A stretch of DNA of 64,000 nucleotides from Minisyncoccota bacterium (lineage in GTDB: Bacteria > Patescibacteriota > Minisyncoccia > Phycocordibacterales > UBA1006). Positions 1-8,480 of the stretch are shown here, piece after piece. The stretch spans positions 467,714-531,713 of the forward strand of contig DASWYC010000002.1 in assembly GCA_036405175.1 (NCBI GenBank). The letters run 5' to 3'. The position numbers were made by a program, and so were the translations under genes. The notes under the pieces were generated by a model. That model did not search any database. It saw nothing but the letters and a program-made list of their open reading frames with translations, and had not been told where the DNA came from. Position 1 is the stretch's first letter. Each line of letters opens with the position of its first letter.

Positions 1-4
1 AGAT

Positions 5-451
5 TTGCGGAAGCATAAGCTTTCATTGCAGGTAAACAAACATACTGATATTTGGGTAACACTTTGCAAAAGTTTTCATGAAGATTGGGATGATGATCCT
101 CGCAAACTTATTAAAGATCGTCATTCATGCGTAACAAGAATTATTAATTACTTACGAGAAAACAAAAAGAAATTTCCCTATTTAAATGGATCAAAAATGG
201 CTAACTATTGGCTCTATATCTTAGATAGCTATACAGATATTCAGTTGCAGAATAAACATAAGCTTTCCATCATTCCGGATACACATGTTGCACAGTGCTC
301 ATGCCATTTAGGGATTACAGAAGAAGGTGCAACACCTGAACAGATCGCAGATGCATGGTTTGTTTTACTAGAAGGATCAAAGCTGACACCTGTTGAAATG
401 CATCCTGTTTTATGGAATTGGAGCCGCAATAATTTCTTACCAGAAGTTTAA
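5..451 (+). CDS. HhH-GPD superfamily DNA glycosylase-like protein, C-terminal part (5' end lies outside window)
   Basis: ORF runs to the left window edge. LNGSKMANYWLYIL (helix-hairpin-helix-like) is followed by IPDTHVAQCSCHLG, which resembles the endonuclease III/MutY VDTHV.RV..RLG catalytic-Asp motif. No C-terminal Fe-S cysteine cluster. Confidence 0.4.
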   Translation: MRKHKLSLQVNKHTDIWVTLCKSFHEDWDDDPRKLIKDRHSCVTRIINYLRENKKKFPYLNGSKMANYWLYILDSYTDIQLQNKHKLSIIPDTHVAQCSCHLGITEEGATPEQIADAWFVLLEGSKLTPVEMHPVLWNWSRNNFLPEV

Positions 452-492
452 ACAACATTTGAAGTTTAAAAAAGAATGAATATAATTCGAAC

Positions 493-1404
493 ATGGAAAT
501 CCCTCATCATCTTAAAGAGCTGTATCGTCACTGGGAGTCTCATGTTGTGTTGCATGATAGCCCTGCGGTAGAAGAGGTTTTTACCGACGCAAAACTCTTT
601 AAAGAAGTTGAATGGTTTATTCACGAGCGTATACATATTTGGGAACAGAAGGTAACCGGCGCACAGCCTCCTTACACCCAAGATCCAATTTTTTCTAAAT
701 ATCGTTTTTGTAATATCTTGCGAGAATTTGATCGTCAAACTATTGAATTTCATACTCTGCTTAATCCTCTCAGAGACAACTTTCCTCTTTGGCTTTTGAA
801 TATGTTTTATTGTCGAATGGTGGCTCGTATAGAAACCATTCAATATGCTGGATTACTCTCATTTAATAATTCTAAGAACAAGAAAGTATACGAACGACTC
901 ATGAACTCTCCTCGTCCACGATTTGGAACTCCGTATGTTTTCCCGGTGAGCGTGATTCAAAAAAGCTCAACTCCCACGCGAGAACTTTTTATTACTGAGT
1001 ATTTACCAGCTATTATGCAGACAGTTGCAGATGAAATAACCGCTTGGGAAAATAAGTCCGTTATTGATGGACTTACACAGATTATTCCTCTATTTAAATT
1101 TAACCTTCACTTTCTGTGGACTGAAGTTCTTATTGATGTTGCGTATCAATTTCCGCAGTATATAGATTTATTTGAAGAGTTTCCCGTTGGCCCCGGCTCA
1201 CTCCCAACTATGCAGCGAATTAATTCGTCAATAAAACCTTCCCTGTTGGTTCAGCAACTTGGTAATCACTCATTTGATGCAGGACTTACTTATAACAATA
1301 AACTTACAAGACTTTCTGCAGAAAACTGGGAAGGTATTGGATGCGAGTTCAGAAAGTACACCAATTTATCTCAAGGGCTTGGCAGAAAACGTTTATTTCG
1401 ATAA
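493..1404 (+). CDS. hypothetical protein
   Basis: 303-aa ORF with no recognisable motif. TATAAT at 481-486 lies 6 nt before the ATG. The overlapping minus ORF 466-843 is judged spurious. Confidence 0.5.
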   Translation: MEIPHHLKELYRHWESHVVLHDSPAVEEVFTDAKLFKEVEWFIHERIHIWEQKVTGAQPPYTQDPIFSKYRFCNILREFDRQTIEFHTLLNPLRDNFPLWLLNMFYCRMVARIETIQYAGLLSFNNSKNKKVYERLMNSPRPRFGTPYVFPVSVIQKSSTPTRELFITEYLPAIMQTVADEITAWENKSVIDGLTQIIPLFKFNLHFLWTEVLIDVAYQFPQYIDLFEEFPVGPGSLPTMQRINSSIKPSLLVQQLGNHSFDAGLTYNNKLTRLSAENWEGIGCEFRKYTNLSQGLGRKRLFR

Positions 1405-1413
1405 GCTACGATT

Positions 1414-1659
1414 ATGAAAACCTCTATCTATACTGCCCCAAGTGAAATTGATGCCCATCTCACAAAAGGCTATTTAGAACAATACGGCATTAAGGTCGTT
1501 ATTAACTCTGATTTTAATGCAGTAAGTCTTTTTGGGCACCCTACTCCTGCTCATTTTAATACGTATGCATATCATTTATATGTTTCCGATGCTGATTTTG
1601 AAAAGGCTCAGCAAATTTTAGCTGAGCGAGACGCATATCATTCATCATCCCAAGAATAA
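1414..1659 (+). CDS. small DUF2007-like protein (putative signal-transducing protein fold)
   Basis: 81-aa ORF; composition and length match the DUF2007 family. Assigned from memory of the family, not from a search. Confidence 0.4.
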   Translation: MKTSIYTAPSEIDAHLTKGYLEQYGIKVVINSDFNAVSLFGHPTPAHFNTYAYHLYVSDADFEKAQQILAERDAYHSSSQE

Positions 1660-1751
1660 TGTAAAGGATCTTCATACTGCATTCATGCAAGAGGTGTATA
1701 CTGCATTTTGAGAATAGCGCACATTATATATAACAAGCTCTTCTCAATACA

Positions 1752-1937
1752 TTGTGTATGCCAACATCAACATTTAATAGAAAGGTTGAAAAGGTTATGC
1801 ATGAGTTTAAGGTAGGAAAACTCAGGAGTAGCAGTGGAGATACGGTGAAAAATCGTAAACAAGCCATTGCTATTGGACTTTCCGAAGCACGTGAGGCAAC
1901 TTCAAAAGTTAGAAAAAGGCCAGAAGGCCACAAATAA
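1752..1937 (+). CDS. small conserved hypothetical protein (start uncertain: TTG 1752, ATG 1758 or ATG 1797)
   Basis: Conserved-looking core MHEFKVGKLRSSSGDTVKNRKQAIAIGLSEAR. AAAGG lies upstream of ATG 1797. A strong hairpin terminator follows. Confidence 0.4.
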   Translation: MCMPTSTFNRKVEKVMHEFKVGKLRSSSGDTVKNRKQAIAIGLSEAREATSKVRKRPEGHK

Positions 1938-1949
1938 ATGAAAAGAGTT

Positions 1950-1980
1950 GAGCGCCGTCCGTCAGGACGGCGCTCTTGTT
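1950..1980 (+). terminator. rho-independent terminator
   Basis: Perfect 11-bp stem GAGCGCCGTCC / GGACGGCGCTC with GTCA loop, followed by TTGTT. Confidence 0.7.
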
Positions 1981-2075
1981 ATATCTAAAAAACTACAAAT
2001 AAATCATGATACACTCAAAGAGTCCCAAGGTGAAATTTTAACAGTATTCTTAATCTAAGAATTCACATTATTTTT

Positions 2076-2921
2076 ATGAAACCCAACAATAAATCTTCAA
2101 TGCGCAAAACAGGTCTTGTCCTTTTAGGCCTCATTGCGCTTGCCGCTGCAGGATACTATCTTGTATGCGCCTTTAAGGGTGATACTTTTATACATCGCTC
2201 ACAAGCAACTATTACCGGAACAGTATCCTATCGTGAACGTATTGCACTTCCAGCAGGCAGTGTTATTGAAGTGAGCTTACTTGATACGTCTCGCGCAGAT
2301 GCACCCGCAACAACACTTGCACAAACCACCATTACTACGACGGGAGAAAATGTTCCAATCCCCTTCACGCTTGAATATAAACCTTCAAAGATTGAAGAAA
2401 ACATGACCTACACCGTATCTGCAAGAATTACTGTTGATGGAAAACTCCGCTGGATAAGCGATCAAGCATATCCAGTAATTACTAATAGCAATCCAACATC
2501 AGACATTGCAATTACGGTAAAAGCAGCCACTGCAGCCAATACCCCAAAGGCTCCCGCTACTCCAGGACAACCAACCACACCATCTACAAAAACTACTCTC
2601 GATGGAACATTCCGCCTCACTTCGTTTAACACCACCAAGATGGAATCAAGCGAAAACTACACCATAACTTTTGGGAACAAAAACAAGTTTACTGCAAAGT
2701 TTTGTAACTCTATGAGTGGAACCTACAAAACAAAAGGAGCCACCATTTCAAGCGAAATGCTTACGACGCTTATGTTTTGCAGCGAACCAAGCCACTTAGC
2801 AACTACAGAATCAGCGTTTAATAAAGCAATGGGTCAAGGAGTAACATATACGTTTAAGGACAAACAGCTCATTCTTAAAGCATCAAATACCGACACCTTT
2901 GTTTTTGAAAAAGTTAACTAA
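2076..2921 (+). CDS. membrane-anchored YbaY-like lipoprotein domain + META/HslJ-like domain protein
   Basis: N-terminal TM/signal anchor; central Thr/Pro/Ala-rich linker. C-terminal half (LDGTFRLTSF...FKDKQLILKASNTDTFVFEKV) resembles the META/HslJ domain. Confidence 0.55.
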   Translation: MKPNNKSSMRKTGLVLLGLIALAAAGYYLVCAFKGDTFIHRSQATITGTVSYRERIALPAGSVIEVSLLDTSRADAPATTLAQTTITTTGENVPIPFTLEYKPSKIEENMTYTVSARITVDGKLRWISDQAYPVITNSNPTSDIAITVKAATAANTPKAPATPGQPTTPSTKTTLDGTFRLTSFNTTKMESSENYTITFGNKNKFTAKFCNSMSGTYKTKGATISSEMLTTLMFCSEPSHLATTESAFNKAMGQGVTYTFKDKQLILKASNTDTFVFEKVN

Positions 2922-2923
2922 TT

Positions 2924-2950
2924 TAAAAACCATCCGCAAGGGTGGTTTTT
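2924..2950 (+). terminator. rho-independent terminator
   Basis: AAAAACCA-TCC-GCAAG-GG-TGGTTTTT hairpin immediately after the stop of the 2076-2921 gene. Confidence 0.6.
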
Positions 2951-2963
2951 GTATACTATACTC

Positions 2964-3386
2964 ATGCATCACGTAGCGATTATGACAAAGTCTTGGGGAC
3001 TCATTCCCAAGATTTTAAATGGTCAAAAAACTATTGAATCACGATGGTACCAAACCAAGCGCACTCCTTGGAATAACGTTCAAGTTGGTGATACGGTATA
3101 TTTTAAAAACTCTGGTGAACGTGTTGCCGCACAGGCTACGGTTGCCAAGGTGCTCCAATTTGAAATTGCAGATCTTGCAACAGCACGTGCAATTATAAAG
3201 ACATACGGCAAAGATATATGTCTAGTTAACACTGATCCAGCTGCGTGGTCTCGGCTTCCTAAGTACTGTATTCTGATATTTCTGAGCAATCCAAAATCTA
3301 TTAAAACATTTTCTATTGATAAAACCGGCTTTGGTGCCGGTGCTGCGTGGATTACCGTTAAGAACATTTCATCAATCAAATTGTAA
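2964..3386 (+). CDS. ASCH domain protein
   Basis: ILNGQKTIESRW motif typical of the ASCH fold. Start set to ATG 2964 because TATACT at 2952-2957 lies 6 nt upstream; the ORF track starts at TTG 2949. Confidence 0.55.
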   Translation: MHHVAIMTKSWGLIPKILNGQKTIESRWYQTKRTPWNNVQVGDTVYFKNSGERVAAQATVAKVLQFEIADLATARAIIKTYGKDICLVNTDPAAWSRLPKYCILIFLSNPKSIKTFSIDKTGFGAGAAWITVKNISSIKL

Positions 3387-3478
3387 CTAATTGACTCTTT
3401 TCTTATTGACTATATACTGAGAGTACAAAGTGCCGAAAGGCTCCGAGAAATCCTACCAAGCAATTGGTGGGATTTCGA

Positions 3479-3871
3479 TTATTGTATTAAATACCTAATG
3501 CGCGATTTTATTACACCAAAGTCTCTATTGTTAAATAAATATAGCTTTCTCTGTAATCGCTTAATACTCATTAACTTCATTTGAGCCAGAATCGCAGCAA
3601 CTTTTTGGCTATCAGGGTCAATGTAGTTGAAATAAAAGTCATATTCTTTCTGTTTGGTAGTCAGTGGAATGCACCAAAACATATGATTGTTGAACTTCTT
3701 CAAGACTAGAACAGGACGCGAAAAGTCCTCTCTACTACCATGCTGTTCAAAGCCAATATTTTTACCTAGTATACTAATCCAAACCTCTCCCTCTTGAGGA
3801 AATCTTTCTACTTTCTGATCAACGCTTTCAAGATCTTTTTTAACTTTATTCCAGAGATCATACTCATTCAT
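3479..3871 (-). CDS. PemK/MazF-like toxin domain protein (orphan)
   Basis: GEVWISILGKNIGFEQHGSREDFSRPVLVL...CIPLTTKQK follows the MazF/PemK pattern (GD.v.v.f..G.EQ.G.RPaVVls...CvPiTs). TAGTAT lies 6 nt before the ATG. No antitoxin ORF on either side. Confidence 0.5.
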   Translation of the reverse strand: MNEYDLWNKVKKDLESVDQKVERFPQEGEVWISILGKNIGFEQHGSREDFSRPVLVLKKFNNHMFWCIPLTTKQKEYDFYFNYIDPDSQKVAAILAQMKLMSIKRLQRKLYLFNNRDFGVIKSRIRYLIQ

Positions 3872-3968
3872 ACAAAAATACTAACACTGGAAACCACTTT
3901 TTAAAGGGTTGTCAAAGAAACTTGTTATTCGTGCAAAGCCTTTAAAAACCACGTACAATAGATCCATC

Positions 3969-6137
3969 ATGAGTACCATTACGCCCGATCATCCGATTTC
4001 TGCTATCAACCGCCTCAGCAAACAACATGTGGAAGGGCTTAAAAAGCTCAGAATCAATAGCATAAAAGATCTACTGTATCACTTTCCTGCTCGCTATGTT
4101 TCTATTTCTGAGCTCAGTAATAGCGATAACTTTATTGATGGACAGCAGGTTTCTCTTTTGGGTGAGATTATTAAAAACGAAGCCAAAAAAACATGGACTT
4201 CAAAAGTTCCTGCATCACAAGGAACACTCAAAACCATTGATGGTAAACGTGTGTCTATGACGTGGCTTCATCAGCCGTACATTGCAAAAATGTATCCCGC
4301 CGGAACACTGGTAAAAGTTTCTGGAACATTGAAAGCTTCAGATAAAGGCGCATCGCTCTTTAATCCAGCCATAGAAAAAACAGAAGCAATGGCAATTGAT
4401 ACGCATGATAGTTTATTTGGCGAAGAAGGTGAAAGTTTTGGCGGAACACTCTATCCGGAAACACGCGGAGTCTCTTCTCAATATCTTTCTACGCTCATTA
4501 AAAAAGTGATTAGCATGCGTATTCACGAGCAGATCCCTGACCCTATTCCCGCACATGTTCGCACTAAACTAAATTTACCGCCCCTTGCAGCAGCCTTAGT
4601 ATGGATTCACCTTCCTGAAAAAAAAGAACATGCGGAGCGTGCGCGTAAGCGGTTTGCGTTTGAACAGATTTTCCTCATTCAAATTCATAACTTTTATCAA
4701 AAGAAGCATTATGAATCCAATAAATCAATTGTGGTGAATTACAACAAAAAAGCCATCCAAGCATTTACAAAAAAGCTTCCGTTTACACTCACCAAAACAC
4801 AGCAATCAATTGTTGATGGTTTGCTCACTAATATTTCAAGTGACACACCAATGTCTCGCCTTCTTGAAGGAGACGTAGGTTCAGGGAAAACTATTATTGC
4901 AGCTATTCTCAGCTTAGCAGTATTTTCTGCACGCACCCCAAGTCGTCCGCTTCAGGTTGCCTACATGGCGCCAACGGAAGTGTTAGCAAACCAACTTTTT
5001 GATACGTTTACCAAATTACTTGCTGATATTCCTATGATTTCTATTGGCCTCATGACCAGTTCTGGTTGCAAAAAGTTTCCTTCAAAAACAAGCTATCTTA
5101 AAAATAACGTGACTCAAGTTTCTGCCACACAGATTAATAAGTGGTCACAAGATGGAACACTTGGTATTTTAATTGGGACCCACTCGTTGATTGGTAAAAA
5201 GTTTACTCCAAAAGATCTAGCGTTGGTAATTATTGACGAGCAACATCGTTTTGGTATTAATCAACGTATGAAGTTGGTGCATACTAAAAATGCTGTGCCG
5301 CACTTTTTATCAATGTCTGCAACACCAATTCCTCGTACATTAGCACTCACGTTGTATGGTGATTTGGATTTGTCGGTGCTTGATGAGGTTCCGCCAGGAC
5401 GTAAGCCGGTGGTGACCAAGCTCATCCGCAATCAAGAAGAGCGTGATGCATGCTATGAACATATTAAAGCAAAACTCAAGGAAGGTCGCCAAGCGTATGT
5501 GATTTGCCCGCGTATTAATGCTGCCGATGAAGGCGATGAACGTAAGCTCCAAACAAAGTCAGTTGAATCAGAAACAGCAATGCTTCAGAAAGTTGTTGGA
5601 CCCAAATATGTAGTAGTTGGGCTCCACGGTAAGCTTTCAAAAAAACAAACTGAAGAAACCATGGAAGCATTTAATGAAGGTAAAATCCACATATTGATTG
5701 CAACATCGGTGATTGAAGTTGGTGTGAATGTTCCAAATGCGACCACTATTTTAATTGAAGGTGCAGATCGATTTGGTTTAGCGCAGCTACATCAGTTACG
5801 CGGACGCGTGATGCGTGGAAGCCATGAGCCATACTGTTTCTTAGGATTCTCAAGCACGAGTCAAAAAACCCAAGATAGATTGGGGGTATTCTTGAAAGCA
5901 AAAAATGGATTTGAATTAGCAGAACACGATTTATCTTTGCGCGGGATTGGAGAGCTTGCAGGCGGTAAGCAATGGGGTGTGAGTGATTTAGCAATGGAAG
6001 CACTCAAAAATCCTCGTCTTGTTGAATATGCACGTGAAGAAGCACGAGGTATTATTGATGACGATATGGAACTCAAAAAACATCCCGTACTTAAAGATTT
6101 ATGTATTACTAATGATGCGTTGGTTCATCTTGAATAG
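3969..6137 (+). CDS. recG: ATP-dependent DNA helicase RecG
   Basis: Walker A DVGSGKT, DEQHRFG helicase motif, N-terminal wedge/OB region; 720-740 aa. Start at ATG 3969; an alternative TTG at 3909 is possible. Confidence 0.9.
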   Translation: MSTITPDHPISAINRLSKQHVEGLKKLRINSIKDLLYHFPARYVSISELSNSDNFIDGQQVSLLGEIIKNEAKKTWTSKVPASQGTLKTIDGKRVSMTWLHQPYIAKMYPAGTLVKVSGTLKASDKGASLFNPAIEKTEAMAIDTHDSLFGEEGESFGGTLYPETRGVSSQYLSTLIKKVISMRIHEQIPDPIPAHVRTKLNLPPLAAALVWIHLPEKKEHAERARKRFAFEQIFLIQIHNFYQKKHYESNKSIVVNYNKKAIQAFTKKLPFTLTKTQQSIVDGLLTNISSDTPMSRLLEGDVGSGKTIIAAILSLAVFSARTPSRPLQVAYMAPTEVLANQLFDTFTKLLADIPMISIGLMTSSGCKKFPSKTSYLKNNVTQVSATQINKWSQDGTLGILIGTHSLIGKKFTPKDLALVIIDEQHRFGINQRMKLVHTKNAVPHFLSMSATPIPRTLALTLYGDLDLSVLDEVPPGRKPVVTKLIRNQEERDACYEHIKAKLKEGRQAYVICPRINAADEGDERKLQTKSVESETAMLQKVVGPKYVVVGLHGKLSKKQTEETMEAFNEGKIHILIATSVIEVGVNVPNATTILIEGADRFGLAQLHQLRGRVMRGSHEPYCFLGFSSTSQKTQDRLGVFLKAKNGFELAEHDLSLRGIGELAGGKQWGVSDLAMEALKNPRLVEYAREEARGIIDDDMELKKHPVLKDLCITNDALVHLE

Positions 6138-6139
6138 TG

Positions 6140-6640
6140 CTAGTTTTCTATTTTATAAATATCTTCTGGATTAAAAACACATATCTCACTCCAGCCTTTG
6201 GGTCGCCCTTTAATAATTTGTTCTTTTCTAAATATTGTTCTTATTTCATCTTCTTTTTCATCATTCCAAATCATAGTCCCATCATATCCTTGAGATATCA
6301 GTTCTTCCTTCATACCGTGGAGTTTGTTTACATCTTCAACTGAAGGATTTTTAAGAATGAGAGGGTTTTTAAGATTGAGGTACGCGGAATATTTATTCTT
6401 TCCGTATGAGTAATCCTCATCAGAATCAGTAAAGTAAATACCTGATCCAAAGAATCCCGCATCACCTTCGTAATTTTTACCTACAAACCCCAGAGAGAAT
6501 GTCTCTATCTGATCATCTGAGTAGTGATAAACCTTCAGCAGTTCACCCTGTTCATTTCTCACCTTACTGTTCGCAAATTGCTCTTCAATCGAGGATTGAT
6601 GCTCTTGTGATTCTTGAAAGTTAATTCTATCTAAATTCAT
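6140..6640 (-). CDS. PARP-like (H-Y-E class) ADP-ribosyltransferase domain candidate
   Basis: KVYHYSD (H-x-S), 24 aa later GSGIYFTDSDED (compare PARP GKGIYFAD), then SEICVF near the C-terminus (compare PARP NEYIVY catalytic Glu). The ORF-track start at 6676 overlaps the tRNA, so the start is moved to Met 6640. Confidence 0.35.
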   Translation of the reverse strand: MNLDRINFQESQEHQSSIEEQFANSKVRNEQGELLKVYHYSDDQIETFSLGFVGKNYEGDAGFFGSGIYFTDSDEDYSYGKNKYSAYLNLKNPLILKNPSVEDVNKLHGMKEELISQGYDGTMIWNDEKEDEIRTIFRKEQIIKGRPKGWSEICVFNPEDIYKIEN

Positions 6641-6645
6641 ACGTG

Positions 6646-6719
6646 TGCACGCACATGGACTCGAACCATGGGCCACCGAGGTATAAGCTCGGAGCTCTAA
6701 CCAACTGAGCTATGCGTGC
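6646..6719 (-). tRNA. tRNA-Ile (anticodon UAU)
   Basis: Canonical cloverleaf on the minus strand: acceptor GCACGCA/TGCGTGC, D-arm GCTCAGTTGGTTAGAGC, anticodon stem CCGAG/CTCGG with loop CTTATAC, T-arm CATGG-TTCGAGT-CCATG, discriminator A. No encoded CCA. Confidence 0.8.
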
Positions 6720-6767
6720 AAGGTAGCCTCATTTTACTACCTTTCCCTTCTTTTGAACACTGGCCAA

Positions 6768-8426
6768 TTAATAGGTTCTCTTCCCTTCAAGAAGATCTTC
6801 TTGAGAATATCCAAGCGCCTTAAGTGCATCGCTCGTAGTCACAAAGAACATATTATTATTCTTCATATACTCATAAATTTCAGATTTAGCGAGCACCGCC
6901 ATTACGCTGCTATGCGCGCTTGAACATACAACATGAACACCTTGTGATTCCAACTGCTTAACAATATCGCCAAATGCTCGCAGGCCATCAAGATCAATCA
7001 ATGCCAATTCGCGCAAACGTAACACTACATTCTTTGCATGCGGTACGCGAGACATAATACGCTCAACATGTTCATCCGCATTAATATAAATGAGTGACCC
7101 CTTAAATGAATACACCGTTGTATCTGATTCTGTGATGTGTGAAATTTCTGCATCATCATACGCTCTACATGTAAGGGTATGCTGCTCGTTGTTAGTAGTC
7201 ACCTCAAATTGAGCTTTGGCCATGTTACGTACCAAAATCAAAAGTGCAATCACAACACCAATCATCAGTCCGACAATAGTATCGATAGCAAACATGAGCA
7301 CGGCAACCCCCATTGCAATAATGAAGTCTCGTTTGCTCTTCTCATACAGATATTTAATCTCATGTACTTCAACCATTTTAATCGCCGCATACATAAGAAT
7401 TCCCGCAACGACACAGAGTGGAATATAGATAAATACTTTAAACAATAAGAGCCCAATTGCTGCAACAAAGATTGCATTCAATACTTGTGAGGTTTTATGA
7501 GTTGCCCCTGACTTAATATTGAGACCGGTTCGTACGAACACTCCGGTTGCCGGCAAACCTCCAAAAATTCCTGATGCAACGTTTGCGATTGAAAGCCCCA
7601 ACAATTCTTTGCGAGAATTAAACTTGGTATTAGTTGCGAGATCTCCAATCTTTGCAGAAATGAGTGTTTCCAAAATAGCAATGAATGCAACTGAAATTGA
7701 GGTAACAATGATGTGTTTTGAAACAGCAAATTGTGGGAATACAGCAAGCTTAAGTGGCTCGTTACCAAACTTATCAAGGAGCGTCACAAAATCAAGCGGA
7801 ATCATCTGCATATGAGACAAATATCCAAGCAAAATTCCAATTGGTGCTACGATTACTACTCCAGGGACTTTCTTTACATATTTCACGAGCAAGAAAAGTG
7901 CTGCAGTGGTAATAATCGTGATCATGAGCGCGGGAAGATACGTCATATCTACGTGCTTGAAGACTTCGATTACATTTTGGATAAACTCTTCATGTTTAGG
8001 AATGCTACCGATCTGGAGGGCATTTTGGAGCTGTCCAGCACCAATAATGAGCCCTACTCCTAGTGAAAATCCATACATGATGGTTTTTGGAATCAACACC
8101 AAGTATTGCTCCAGTTTAAAGAAGTATGCAACGAGCACAAAAAGTCCCGTAAAGAGTGCCACCATTGGCAAGAGCGCTGGCCCAGCACCAAGTGCAAATG
8201 CTGCTAAGACTCCCGAAAGTGCTCCGGCTGGCCCAACGATGTTATAGTTGCTGCCGCCAAAAAAACCGGCCATAAGACCGGCCCATACGGCGGTGATGAT
8301 TCCCATCATCGGTGTTGCGCCCGATGCAACTCCCAAAGAAATTGAAAGTGGTAATGAAATAAGTGCGACTGAAAGTCCAGCGCGCCAATTTTCTTGGAGT
8401 CGTTTAAAAAGCTGTGTCGTGGTCAT
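6768..8426 (-). CDS. SulP family inorganic anion transporter with C-terminal STAS domain
   Basis: 552 aa, multiple TM segments (GVASGATPMMGIITAVWAGL...) and a C-terminal STAS-like domain. Confidence 0.85.
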   Translation of the reverse strand: MTTTQLFKRLQENWRAGLSVALISLPLSISLGVASGATPMMGIITAVWAGLMAGFFGGSNYNIVGPAGALSGVLAAFALGAGPALLPMVALFTGLFVLVAYFFKLEQYLVLIPKTIMYGFSLGVGLIIGAGQLQNALQIGSIPKHEEFIQNVIEVFKHVDMTYLPALMITIITTAALFLLVKYVKKVPGVVIVAPIGILLGYLSHMQMIPLDFVTLLDKFGNEPLKLAVFPQFAVSKHIIVTSISVAFIAILETLISAKIGDLATNTKFNSRKELLGLSIANVASGIFGGLPATGVFVRTGLNIKSGATHKTSQVLNAIFVAAIGLLLFKVFIYIPLCVVAGILMYAAIKMVEVHEIKYLYEKSKRDFIIAMGVAVLMFAIDTIVGLMIGVVIALLILVRNMAKAQFEVTTNNEQHTLTCRAYDDAEISHITESDTTVYSFKGSLIYINADEHVERIMSRVPHAKNVVLRLRELALIDLDGLRAFGDIVKQLESQGVHVVCSSAHSSVMAVLAKSEIYEYMKNNNMFFVTTSDALKALGYSQEDLLEGKRTY

Positions 8427-8480
8427 AATTATATGTACATGAATTGTATGTGTAGTGGGATTGTAGTACGTTATGTGATT

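Noticed and set aside
466-843. 125-aa minus ORF
   Set aside because: Fully inside the longer 493-1404 plus ORF, which has a canonical -10/leaderless start; composition less protein-like.
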